NCBI RefSeq assembly: GCF_006345805.1
Contig: NW_021834590.1
Location: forward strand, 1-46,438
DNA length: 46,438 nt
Source: Octopus sinensis
Taxonomy: Eukaryota
Direction: 5' to 3'
The notes under the pieces: model-generated
Databases searched by the model: none
What the model was told of the DNA's origin: nothing
Seen by the model: the letters and a program-made list of their open reading frames with translations, nothing else
Shown here: positions 11,440 through 23,607 of the stretch, piece after piece
Position numbering within the stretch: position 1 is the stretch's first letter
Layout: the number at the start of each line of letters is the position of its first letter
Made by a program: the position numbers and the translations under genes

Positions 11440-12850
11440 TTTTGGAGGTCGATAAATTAAGTACCAGTTGTGTAATGGGTTGATCTAATCGACTAGCTCC
11501 CTCCCCCATATTTTCGGGCCTTGTGCCTAGAGTAGAAAAGAATAGAAGGGCAGTGAGCTTGCAGAATCGTTAACACGCCGGAGAAAATCCTTATCTGTAT
11601 TTCGCCAGTCTTTACATTCAGAGTTCAAATTCCCTCATGTTTCGGTTTTGCATTTTATCCTTTCGGGGTCAAATAAGTACCAGCTGAGCAGAGGTATATA
11701 TGTAATTGAATATCATCCGCCCCCCACCCACAATTTTAGAGCTTTAACATATAATAGAAAGGATTATGTGTCTCATGTATTCTTCGTTCGTCCATTTACA
11801 TTTTGGGTTCAAGTCCTTCCGTGGTTGACTTTAATTTTCATCATTTCAGGGTCGATTAAAGAAGTAGCAGTTGAGCAGAGGAATCTATGTAATAGACTTT
11901 TCTCTGCACATCCAAAATTTCAGGGCTTTAACATACCGTAGAAAGGGTCATGTATGTAATGGTGTTCTTCATTTGAGTAAAATGGCGGTAAGATAGCCGA
12001 ATCGTAAGGCGTCGAGCTGGCAGAAACGTTAGTACGCTGGACGGAATGCTTTGCGGTATTTCGTCTGCCGCTACGTTCAGAGTTCAAATTCCGTTGAGGT
12101 CGACTTTACTTTTCATCCTTTCGGGGTCGAATAAATAAATACCAGTTACGCACTGGGGTCGATATAATCGACTTAGTCAGTTTGTCTGTCCTTGTTTGTC
12201 CTCTCTGTGTTTAGCCCCTTGTGGGCAGTAAAGAAATAAGATTGCAGAACCGTTAGCACGTCGGGCAAAAATACTTAGCGGCATTTCGCCTGTCTTTATG
12301 TTGTGAGTTCAAGTTCTGGCGAGGTAGACTTTTCTTTTCATCCCCTTGGGATCGATTAAATAAGTACCAGTTACGCACTGTGGTCGATATAATCGACTTA
12401 ATCCGTTTGTCCGTCCTTGTTTGTCCCCTCTGTGTTTAGCCCCTTGTGGGTAGTAAAGAAATAGGTATTTTTTCAGGGAGATTTTGTCGCTATTTCTATA
12501 GGCCGAGAGCGAACACATAAACACACCTACATTGTTATTGAACGAATAGATATGATTAAAGGCTTTCCAACCATGATCAACACTGTTTTTTTTTTCGGAG
12601 CGGGCACATCCTTTCATCCTTTCGGGGTCGATTAAATAAGTACCAGTTACGCACTGGGGTCGATATAATCGACTTAACCCGTTAGTCTATCCTTGTTTGT
12701 TCCCTCTGTGTGTAGACCCTTGTGGGCAATAAAGAAATAAGGTGGACTTTACTTTTCATCCTTTCGCGGTCGATAAAATAAATAGCAGTTGAAGACTGGT
12801 ATCGATGTAATTGATTCTCATCCACATCCAACATCTTAGCTTTTCATCTT
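11440..12850 (+). mobile_element. Pile-up of about 8 full/partial SINE family A units of different ages, all + strand
   Basis: Repeated TTTCATCCTTTCGGGGTCGA..AAGTACCAGTT modules; young copies at 12010-12240 and 12612-12742. Confidence 0.8.
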
Positions 12851-12923
12851 TTCGGGGGTTAATAAGATAATTAGCCCTCTGCTTATAATAGGAAGATCTT
12901 CATTTAGACAAGAAGAATAAAGT

Positions 12924-13346
12924 GGATCTTTTCCTTTTGAACGGCAGTTTTTTAAAATAATTTCCACGTAACTAAACACTTTTAAACTTCGTGTACTGGT
13001 AGAATGTGTTTATAAAACATCATTTTTTTCCTGGCTTTATTGAGAAAATTCTATATGTTGTAACATATTTCATCTTTAATTTCGAGCATTTCGGCAATTT
13101 TAACCAATCGCTGACCTCCATTCATTATGCACCGAATGTTATTTACCTAAATGGTGGTCAGCGATTGGTTAAAATTGCCGAAATGCTCGAATTTAAAGAT
13201 GAAATATGTTACAACATATAGAATTTCCTCAATAAAGCCAAGAAAAAATGATGTTTTATAAGCACATTCTACCAGTATACGAAGTTTAAGAGTGTTTAGT
13301 TAACTAGAAATTGTGTTGAAAAGTGCCGTTCAAAAGGAAAAGATCC
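12924..13346. mobile_element. Foldback MITE, ~199-bp arms, 27-bp spacer, 8-bp TSD
   Basis: 12924-13122 is the imperfect reverse complement of 13150-13346; termini GGATC..GATCC; AATAAAGT at 12916-12923 and 13347-13354. Confidence 0.9.
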
Positions 13347-14208
13347 AATAAAGTAATACTTAAATGAAACACCCGCAAAATACATGGCACAATACTTTAG
13401 TTGTAAATCAATATCAAAACGTACAAGTGGTACATGCTGCGGTCATTGCTAGACAATTAATTGCGGTGCGAAATCATGGGCCGTGCGTCATGAATCATTC
13501 GTTTCTTTATATAACAGATTTATTCGGATTCAATTTTCCATCTTGCATCAGAATGACATCATCTCAGAATTTGATAAGATGTGGTCATTTCGTTTTTTAA
13601 ACGAAGTGGAAACCAATTAAACCATCTTGCAAATACACCCGAGGAACCACCTATCTGAATACAAATATATACCGTTAAGATTAGTTTGTGTATGTGTGTA
13701 TAAATACATACATGCACACACCCACACACACATATATATGTATAGATACATTATATATATTATATGTGTTTGTGTACGTGAGTGTGTATTTGTGTGTGTA
13801 CGTGTATTTGTTTATAAGTATACATATGTTCATTTAGCTATTTAGAAGTAACATCCGCCTCAGTACAAACATATACTGATAGGATAAACACAAACGCATA
13901 ATTATATATACATACATACATACATGCATATACACAAACACACATATCTATATACATATATATAGATACATATGCATATATATATATCTTTATATATATA
14001 TACACATATATATACATATACATATATATATATGTATACACACACATATATACACAGACATATTCATATATTTATACATATAAGCATTTGTATATATAGA
14101 TATACATTCATATAATCGTATATATATATATATATATACATTTACATAATCGTATATATACATATATATATATATTTACATATATATATATATACATTTA
14201 TATAATCG

Positions 14209-14263
<55 letters not shown>

Positions 14264-14275
14264 ATATCTATCTAT

Positions 14276-14322
<47 letters not shown>

Positions 14323-14324
<2 letters not shown>

Positions 14325-14468
14325 CGGATATGTATCCGCAAACAAAAACTCTTGCTCGAATGGCCCTTGGTGCCCAAATCCTGAATTGAAAAACCTCGCC
14401 AGGTGGTGCTATCAAGTTAGACATGGCCTGGGCCAAAACTGGCCAAAACCTTTCTAAGTCATTCTAAG

Positions 14469-14470
<2 letters not shown>
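14323..14470 (+). mobile_element. CR1-group LINE extreme 3' end
   Basis: [10 protein letters not shown](L)LEW remnant, then GGTGGTGCTATCAAGTTAGACATGGCCTG and a hairpin homologous to 2531-2600; (TA)n on both sides. Confidence 0.65.
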
Positions 14471-14503
<33 letters not shown>

Positions 14504-14620
14504 AAGAGCAATAAAGATTCAAGTTAATTTAAAAAAATTTACTTGAATATGGTACCTAACTTAGATGCACCAAAAAAAACTATACTGATTTAACAATACA
14601 GTAATGTGGGGTGATTATAA

Positions 14621-15038
14621 GCGAGAAAGAAGCAACAAGAATGGATAGGTTTTTAGTACGATCGTTTCATACAAGGACAGGTTTTATTAAAAGTTGCAAA
14701 GATTACAGCATATAAACGAGTCCCGTACTCATCAGCTAAAATACATGTAAGTTCTCTAGACATCCTAGTGTTTGAGGCTATACTCATATGAAGTAATGTA
14801 GATAATTCAACAGATTTCTAAAGTTCATTAAAGTTCTTTAAAGATGATGTACAGTCTTATCACAGAATTTTAAAAAAGTTTTGATAGCATCACAGAGAAG
14901 GTGACCTAATCCATATGAATTTCCATAGATATGATGAGGGATTATATACTCACAGAAGACAAATTTATCCATTGCTAATTACAACGAGGTGGGTCTCAAT
15001 TCTTGCTTATTAGCATTACAGAGAGGGTGAATTAATCC
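14621..15038 (+). repeat. Left arm of long inverted repeat (PLE 3' pLTR)
   Basis: Reverse complement of 17677-18092; by eye differs by one substitution and a 2-bp indel. Confidence 0.95.
14651..14741 (-). ncRNA. Type I HHR with extended helix II (sense to PLE ORF)
   Basis: Reverse complement TTTTAG-CTGATGA-[60 nt]-GAAA-C(GATC)G-TA^-CTAAAA. Confidence 0.7.
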
Positions 15039-16195
15039 TTTGTATATATGCACAGATTCCAATGGTGTAGATGTAAATTTCCAGAGAAATGGAGATGAAT
15101 TTCATATTCACAGGCGATAAATTTTACAATGGTTGAACACAATGAGGTAGGTATCAATCCTTGTTATATGATTAGGTGTTTGCCATATTAATCACATTAC
15201 TGCTATTCACAAGAGGCTGTAGCTATTTAACTCTTAAAGGCTGAAGGACTTACTAGATCGGCCAAGAATAGAGAAGGGAATAGAAGAAAAGAGAGAAAAT
15301 AATGGAGGAGGGAGCAAAAAGGGGGGGGAAAGGGGGACTAAAAGAGAAGAGAAAAGGAAACAGAGAATAAGAAGAAGAAAAAGACAAAAGAGAAAAGAGA
15401 AAGAAAGGGAAAAAAAGGGAAAAAAGAAAAAAGAAAAAGAAAAAAAAGAGGGTTCTAGTTATACAGAAGAGCTAGTAGACTGTAAGTCTGGTTTTAATCA
15501 ACAGGCATCTAGGAGCTAGAGGGGAATATTATTCTTTGACCAGTAAACCGTTAATTTATTGCTGTTGAAATCAGCTATGAGTTTAAAGAGAATCTAAAGA
15601 GATAACACAGTCAGGGGTTAAGGGGTCAGATGCTAAAATCACCAGAAAATACATTAGGAAAATCTAAGTATAATCTTATCAAAAAGTCATTAAAGATTTA
15701 CTTATTTAATTTATTCATTTTATGTGTCTTAAGGAGTTGTCGTTATTATTCATACATTGACTGACTACAGGTCAAATCTTATAAGATCATTTACAAGGTG
15801 TTAGGGGATTGTCTATCATAATGAAGATAATCATATTATCACCGAGGGAATAGCCTTATTTATTTAATTATGAAATAGAATTATGGGGCTACAGTAACTA
15901 ATTATAATTTATTAGAGTTATGCTATTTAAATTAGATTAAGTTAGGAATTAAAATTAAATATTACAATTAAGATTTAAAATTAAGAATTTAAAAATTGTG
16001 AGTTTGAAATTAAATAAAGCCTCAATTAAGTAGCGAATAAGTACTATTCATTTCCATGTTCTCAAAAAACTGATGCAGATATAAGGAAAAAGATAAAGAT
16101 AACTGTAATGTGAGAACTCTTAGTTATCTACTTAAAGCAGTGCTATACTAGTAGAAATCAAGTTATATCTATCTATCTAGTTATGAATATTCCAA

Positions 16196-17676
16196 TCATT
16201 TAAAATATTTTAAAGTCTTCAATTTAGCGTGGACACAAACTTGACCTAGTTCGATATGGTTATTCAATAAGTTTCTATGTTTACTATGCTTTAGAATTTC
16301 GTACGTCCATGGAGCATAGTTGACAACCAACCCTACTATTTTTATACGGAATTGCTCTCCTAACTATTCCCAATTAGGGTATAATTTTTGTTATTATTTT
16401 TGAGTTCCCAGATTTTGTTTGAAAGTGTGGTGGTACCAGCTTTATGACGTAATTTAAAAGTCGAGATGTGATTTCTAACTCTGGCTAAAAAATTAATTGT
16501 ACAGCCAATGTAAAAATATTTGTTATTCTCCGTGGATATGGTACATTTATAGATTACATTATTTTCCCTACATAGACCAGGTGCCGGGCATTTTGATTTT
16601 ATTCTACACTTACACACAGGAGGAACAACTTCAGGCCTTGGATTATTCCTGGGTAGATGTTTAAGGTTCCTATTATTTTGATTATCATTTCTATAGTTGG
16701 TGCTGATATCTAAAGTATTGTTATTATTTATTGATCCTTCCGTTTCATCATTTAGGTGTAAAGTCCTACCAAGATTTCTTATATTATTCGTAATGTTATT
16801 ATTATTGTTAGTCTTTTTATCCAACTGTATATTATTGTTATAGATATCACTGATATTTTCATTCTCCTTATTTTCTCCATTAGCCTTATTTCTATTATTT
16901 CTATTATTAACAATATTACTTCTATTAATATCGGCATTGTTATTATTACTAAATGTTAATGTTATTAGTCATTCTGTGGTTACTAATTTCACCTATGTTT
17001 TGATAGTTCCTATTGCTGTTTTTATTGTTGGTAGTATTATTGTTATTGCTATTGGTATTCATTCTGATATTATTATTTTTATTTCTATTTTTCCTGGCTA
17101 GTTTAATGTTGTTATTATTAATTTTAGCTATTAAAGTGGACATATTTGGGAGGGTTGAATAAGAAATCCTAACTGTTTTCCTAGAAATAATTCTATGATA
17201 TCTATGAGAGATAGGGAAATTTTTTTCCAGAATCACTTTGAATTTGTTCTGTATATCCGATTGTATCGCACAGTTGAAAGGAATATTCAGCCATAATATA
17301 TCTTTTTTATAAAATTTAGGGTTCGTAGAATTACTACTATTCATCTCACCGGAGTTATTGTATTTATTACCATTATTTTTATTTTTATTTGTGTGCATCT
17401 TAGGTTTATCTACTTCAATCTTATCCGAGTTACCTATGTTCTGGTCAATGCTTCTATTTGAATTGTTGGGCCTGTACTCTAGATTAGCGTTTACCGTTAA
17501 TTTAATTCTACTTTTATTTCGGGCTTGGTCTTTTTGCTGCTTACGTGATTACTGATAACTTCATTATTAGGAATACGTGAGTTCTCCCTATCAACGAATG
17601 TAATCTTTTGGTTGTATCCAGCCTTAGTTAACGCCGCATTATAATGCTCAGAATGGGAGTTAAATATATCCTTATT
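16196..17676 (-). pseudogene. PLE ORF remnant: RT thumb, Asn-rich linkers, GIY-YIG endonuclease (several frameshifts)
   Basis: FNSHSEHYNAALTKAGYNQKITF; ILWLNIPFN..ILEKNFPISHRYHRIISRKTVRISYSTLPNM; CKC....CPAPGLC..VIYKC..YIGCT..RVRNH; CQLC..LLNNHIELGQVCVHAKLK; stop at 16196-16198. Confidence 0.9.
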
Positions 17677-18092
17677 GGATTAATTCACCCTCTCTGTAAT
17701 GCTAATAAGCAGGAATTGAGACCCACCTCGTTGTAATTAGCAATGGATAAATTTGTCTTCTGTGAGTATATAATCCCTCATCATATCTATGGAAATTCAT
17801 ATGGATTAGGTCACCTTCTCTGTGATGCTATCAAAACTTTTTTAAAATTCTGTGATAAGACTGTACATCATCTTTAAAGAACTTTAATGAACTTTAGAAA
17901 TCTGTTGAATTATCTACATTACTTCATGAGTATAGCCTCAAACACTAGGATGTCTAGAGAACTTACATGTATTTTAGCTGATGAGTACGGGACTCGTTTA
18001 TATGCTGTAATCTTTGCAACTTTTAATAAAACCTGTCCTTGTATGAAACGATCGTACTAAAAACCTATCCATTCTTGTTGCTTCTTTCTCGC
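17677..18092 (-). repeat. Right arm of long inverted repeat (inverted pLTR)
   Basis: Reverse complement of 14621-15038; abuts the truncated ORF at 17676. Confidence 0.95.
17972..18062 (+). ncRNA. Type I HHR with extended helix II (antisense to PLE ORF)
   Basis: TTTTAG-CTGATGA-GTACGGGAC...GTCCTTGTAT-GAAA-CGATCG-TA^-CTAAAA; cleavage predicted after 18056. Confidence 0.7.
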
Positions 18093-18093
18093 G

Positions 18094-18133
<40 letters not shown>

Positions 18134-18783
18134 ATTTATATGTATATATATATACATGTGTATATATGTATGTGTGTATGTATGTATTTTGATATTGTGT
18201 ATATTTGTATGCGTGTATTTAGATATATGTGTATGTGTGCGTTCGTTTAACCATTTGACACGACTAATCATCCTTCTTTTAGCCTGAAACTCAGATCCGT
18301 TTGCAAAAGGGAATTAATAAACCAAGGAGCAGAAAGAAGGAAAACGCATGCTTATGTGTGTGAACGGTTAATAAGGTGTGTATGTGTGCGCATGTCTGTT
18401 TAGGTGCACAAATTATGCACTTGTGTGGCCTTGTATGTGCGGGTATATGCGTGGATGCACGATTCACGTGCGTAGAGGCTTGCATATATGTATGTATACT
18501 TGCATGTATTGCATGTATGTATGTACGTTTGTACGTATGTATGTATATATGTATGTATTATATATGTATATATGTATGCATGTATATATGTATGTATGTG
18601 TGTATGTATGTATGCATGAATAGACATACGTATGTAAATAAGTGTATCGATCAGTCGAACTATCTATCATGTCTATTTTTCGACCTATACGCGTGCGCAG
18701 CTTTCTTTATGTGTGTGCATGTACGTGTAGTATGTTCTGTTTATGCACGTATGCGTGTATATATGTCTGTTAATATACATACA

Positions 18784-18877
<94 letters not shown>

Positions 18878-18940
18878 GTATATGTATATGCATATATGTA
18901 TATATATATATACTCGTATATAAACATATACATATATATG

Positions 18941-18978
<38 letters not shown>

Positions 18979-19068
18979 CCACAGTTCTGTCTTTGTCTAT
19001 GCATCCTTCCATCTAATCAACTGGCGATCTGTCCATCTCTGTGAAAACATACATACATACATACATAC

Positions 19069-19122
<54 letters not shown>

Positions 19123-19547
19123 AAGAATCTACGTATGCATTTGTATATAATGTCACACATTCAATGCTCACATACATGGATATACTGTCAATACTTGTAT
19201 GCATTTCGTGTGTATATATATATATGTATGCATGCATATATGTGACTATTTCTATGTGTGTGCAAGCTTTTACTCACAGACCTTTGTGTGTCAGATGCAC
19301 ACAGGTGCATGCACATGGATGTATTTACTTGCATACATTCTTGTGTGAGTATATGCGTATGTTGGTGCACACAAATGCAGCGGCATACGCAAGTATATGT
19401 TTACGTGTGTGTACGTGTACGTGAGTGCGTGTATATGTATGTATGCATGCATGTATGTATATACATATCTACATGTATACATTCATACGTATATATATAT
19501 ATATATGTATATATATATGTATATATATGTATATGTATATATATATG

Positions 19548-19589
<42 letters not shown>

Positions 19590-19620
19590 TGAATATATAT
19601 ATATATATATGTATATGTAT
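18090..19620. repeat. Compound (TA)/(ATGT)/(TG) microsatellite field with short unique islands
   Basis: Seen directly. Confidence 0.9.
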
Positions 19621-19779
19621 GACACTCAAATACATAGAAATGCCAAACCGCCTGCAGCCAACGTCACCCGTCCCTTTAGCCACCCATCAAACACCACCAC
19701 CACTATCGTCACCCATACTACAACCTCGGCCACAGCCACAACCCTGCTCTCGGTTGCACGTGCAATAAAATTACTGTTA

Positions 19780-20620
19780 AACCAGCAACAACAACAACAA
19801 CAATAAGGACAAATGCTGACAATAACCACAGCAACAACAACAACAACTACGAGATCGACAGCACGAAAAACAATACAAAAAAATCAACAACAACAACAAA
19901 AAAAAAGAAGCAAAACAAAAGATCTAACAATAAGCAAACATTAAAACAAATCAGTCACGAGTCCAAAAGCTGCAACAAGAACAACAGCAACAACAACAAC
20001 AACAACATGGACAGCAGAAATATCAATGATGGCAAGAATAACAACAATAACTAGAAGAACAGCAATAAAAAACAACAACAACAACATCAGCGGTCGCAGC
20101 TGCAAGATAAAACAGTGACAATGGCCACGACCACCACTACCAACACCACCGATATAATGCCACCATCATCACATCACCATAACAACAACATCAACAACAA
20201 CAACAACAACGGCAGAAGCCAGCACCAGCAGATATAATACAGTGAAATCGTAAAGAAAATTCTTGATGAATAATAAATGAAGAGAGAGAGAGAGAGAAGA
20301 AGAAGGGTGTATAGAGGGTGGTGGTGGTGGTGGTGGTGGTGAGGCGAGTGGTTCGAATGGTTGAGAGGGTGGGTGGAAAAGGTGTTGGTGGTGTAGGGTT
20401 GGGTGTAAAGTGGGAGGTAAAGGTGCTGTGACGTGGAGGGAAGCGGGGCGACTAGGAAGAGGTAGAAGTTCATGAAGAAGAATTAGAAGAATTAGATGAA
20501 GAATATGAAGAATACGAAGGGGGTGTAGGAGGAGAAGAACGGGGATGGAGTGAAAAAAAAAATGGAAGTGGTAGGGAAAGAGGAAGAGGAAGAGGAGAAG
20601 TGGAAAAGAGGCGTTGTGTA
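19780..20620. repeat. (CAA)n, (GGT)n and (GAA)-rich low-complexity region
   Basis: Seen directly. Confidence 0.85.
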
Positions 20621-21288
20621 AACGAAAGGGTTTGTTGATAAAGTACGTTCATCTGACTAGCGCCATTCATCAAATGAGACAGCGCCGGCCGCTGGCTCTC
20701 AGGCAGACTCTTGCTTGTAATAAGGCTTTTCGCTCTGACAACCTACCCAAGCGTTACAAAAAGCGACTCCAATGATAGCTGCTCAACACCACATACACAT
20801 ACACATATGAGCATACACACACACACAGAAGTACAGATGCAAACACGCACACAAACATACACACACACATACGCAAACATACATAACGTACATACACAGA
20901 CACGGTCATTTCGTCACTTCCACTTTCAGTTTCACTTTCGTTCGTGCACATACAGATACGGACACAGAGGTACGCATACATATATATATATATATACATT
21001 CTTACATATCAAGCGCAATGTACTCATACAAACTTAAACACATACGCACATATACAGATGCATACATATATATATATATATATATATAGACGTACATATA
21101 ACTATGTGTATACAGATGCAAACATACACAGGCACGCACATACACATACGTAGACACGTGTAATGAAAGAAATCGTAACAGACATTAGAGAGATCAATAC
21201 TGATCTGGCCTGCGGATTCTCCTGGGAAAAGTATCACGACAGGCATGAATCGGAAATTATGATAAAGGATAAACGCGTGTATATGTGC

Positions 21289-21319
<31 letters not shown>

Positions 21320-21719
21320 TGTATGTATGTATGTATGTATGTATGTATGTATGTATGTATGCATATATATATGATTGTGTGTATGTTTGTGCATGTTTCT
21401 ATGTTTCTATGTATCTATGTGTCCATGTATGTATATATGTATGTGTGTATGCATGTATGGATGTATGTATCTATGTATGCATGCATATATATGTGATTGT
21501 GTGTGTGTGCATGTTTCTATGTTTCTGTGTATTTATGTGTCCATCTATGTATGTATGTATGTATGTATGTATGTATGTATGTATGTATGTATGTATGTAT
21601 GTATGTATGTATGTATGTGTGTATGTATGTACATATGTATGCATGTATGTATTTATACATGATTATATGTATGCATTTATGCCCTTCTTTCTCCCTCTCT
21701 CTCTCTCTTTCTTTCTTTT

Positions 21720-21752
<33 letters not shown>

Positions 21753-21779
21753 GTCTATCTATCTTGCTAGTTAGCCTTA

Positions 21780-23012
21780 TAAGGTTCATTCCAGAAGTTT
21801 TGCGACTTTTTTTTCAGACAAGACCTTTATTAATTTCAAAGAAGTACAAAACACTAAGCACCTCCAAAGTAGGATACTCTGACTTCAATGTACTTGTTGT
21901 AGCGGTTCAACCATTACATGGAGGATCCATGGAAGTCCTTCAAAGTGAAGGAGTCCAGGGCCCATGTCACCGCCCCGTCATTTTCTCAATGATTTAAAAA
22001 CGACTGTCCCTGAGGTGATCCTTCAGCTTGGTAAGCAATCAAAAGTTAGGGAGTAAAGTCTGGACAAAAGGGGAAAGTGAGGAAGAGTTGTGATCCTCAT
22101 CTCTGTCAGTCAGTTGGTTATCAAGATGAAATTACGGACCTGTGCATTGTCCTTGTGCCAAAGTCACCGACCCGAGTGCGGAAGTTCTGAACTTTTGAAA
22201 CGAAATCTTTTTTTATAAACCCCTTCAAAACCTCACCAAGTACTCTTAACTGACCGTCTGAACAGAGGGAACCCAGTAAATGTAGATGACTCCTTTCTGT
22301 CGGATAATGGGATCCTCACAAGCTTTACAATGACCCTCTTTTGCCTGGCCTCTTGCCCAAGCGAAAAATAAACGATCAGCGCCTGCAAGTTAACCTCTGA
22401 AGAGACTGGAGCAGTTAATAAATTACTGTAGCGTCTTTTACCTAGTTTAACTTAAAAATTTGTTGCACAACGAGCGACCATTTTGTCTTCGCGTCCCGAC
22501 CGCATTCTGCACACTAGTCGGCTGTGACAATGTTAAGTAGGGTGTGTTCAAAATTCTGTTACAGCCGTCTCTTTCAATCTGGAATAGCAAAATATGGCAA
22601 GTTCGCTTGTTAGATATATAGTTATAATATACTAAAATTGTGGAGGCGCAATGGCCTAGTGGTTAGGGCAGCGGACTCGCGGTCGCAGGATCGCGGTTTC
22701 GATTCCCAGACCGGGCGTTGTGTGTGTTTATTGAGCGAAAACACCTAAAAGCTCCACGAGGCTCCGGCAGGGGGTGGTGATCCCTGCTGTACTCTTTCAC
22801 CACTCTTTCTCCCACTCTTCTGTTGGCCTGCACGTTTAACCAGCGGGGTGGCGTCATTCGAAGGCTAAAACAATGCGATGTGACCAGCGATGTGTAACAA
22901 CATCTGATCGTCTGGTCGGTCACGTGATCACGTGATACTAAAATTACCATAATCTCGAGTCGCTATGTCTACCACTCCTAAAGAAGTCCCAAAGTTTCTG
23001 GAAATCACCTCG
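21780..23012 (-). mobile_element. Mariner (DD34D-type) element, internally deleted and degraded, carrying a SINE insertion
   Basis: Minus strand RCATNF*VKLGK (N-term), D.KGVIYIYWVPSVQTVS, WHKDNAQVR..TTLPHFPFCPDFTP (HHDNA / HPPYSPDLAP equivalents), KDHLR..WLNRYNKYIEV; TIR-like AAGGTTCATTCCAGAAGTTTTGCGACT at 21781 and its inverse at 22985-23012. Confidence 0.85.
22642..22936 (+). mobile_element. SINE family B, tail type 3, with 11-bp TSD
   Basis: TSD ATACTAAAATT at 22629-22639 and 22935-22945; ends (CACGTGAT)2. Confidence 0.95.
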
Positions 23013-23406
23013 CGCGTGTGCGTGTAAGGTGCCACACCCACTGACACAAACACAAAGGGCATTCCAGAAGTTCTGGGACTTTTTAGGATATATGTGTGTG
23101 TGTGTGCTTGTATCCATATTTAGACACCTCCTTCCACTTGCGCATGCATTTTTGTTGTTTGAGAATGATCTGAAATCCGAAAGCTGGAACTCAGATCCGA
23201 AAGCTGACAAATGGAAAAAAACATTCTGTTGACTATTCTTTGAAGTAAAATGTAATAGGGCAGTAACACATTACTTTGTTGCCAAAGATAAAACCCTGTT
23301 TAAAAAACCTAGCAGAGGAAACTGAAAGTGTATTCAGAAATTTATTTAATACAAAGTTTACCTCAGTTCTATATTTGAAAGATGAGGAATTATGTACATT
23401 ATTTAT

Positions 23407-23607
23407 ATTATTTACATTTGACGGATATTTGTCCTCATCTTGTTTGTTGCTAACACAATAATAATAACATCTAAAAATACCTTAGGAATGAGGACCCAGG
23501 TTCGAAATTTCCACAAGACACCTGATGAAGGCTGGAGGGTATATCAGCCAAAACGTTGTGTTAACAACAAACAAGATGAGTACAAATATCCGTCAAATGT
23601 AAATAAT
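23407..23607 (+). mobile_element. Short HHR-bearing element with ~52-bp inverted terminal arms
   Basis: 23407-23458 is the reverse complement of 23556-23607 (2 mismatches). Confidence 0.8.
23517..23562 (+). ncRNA. Minimal HHR motif, G12A mutant (probably inactive copy)
   Basis: GACAC-CTGATGA-A-GGCTG(gagggtatat)CAGCC-AAAA-CGTT^-GTGTT. Confidence 0.65.

Larger units (their letters stand above)
14501..18092 (-). mobile_element. Penelope-like element, 5'-truncated, with inverted pLTR at its 5' end
   Basis: RT-thumb and GIY-YIG remnants; ~417-bp inverted repeats containing an HHR; (TA)n flanks at both ends. Confidence 0.9.

Noticed and set aside
20455-20638. Acidic open stretch EEELEELDEEYEEYEGG..RGRGRG
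   Set aside because: Within GA-rich low-complexity DNA, no start codon, in-frame stop just upstream
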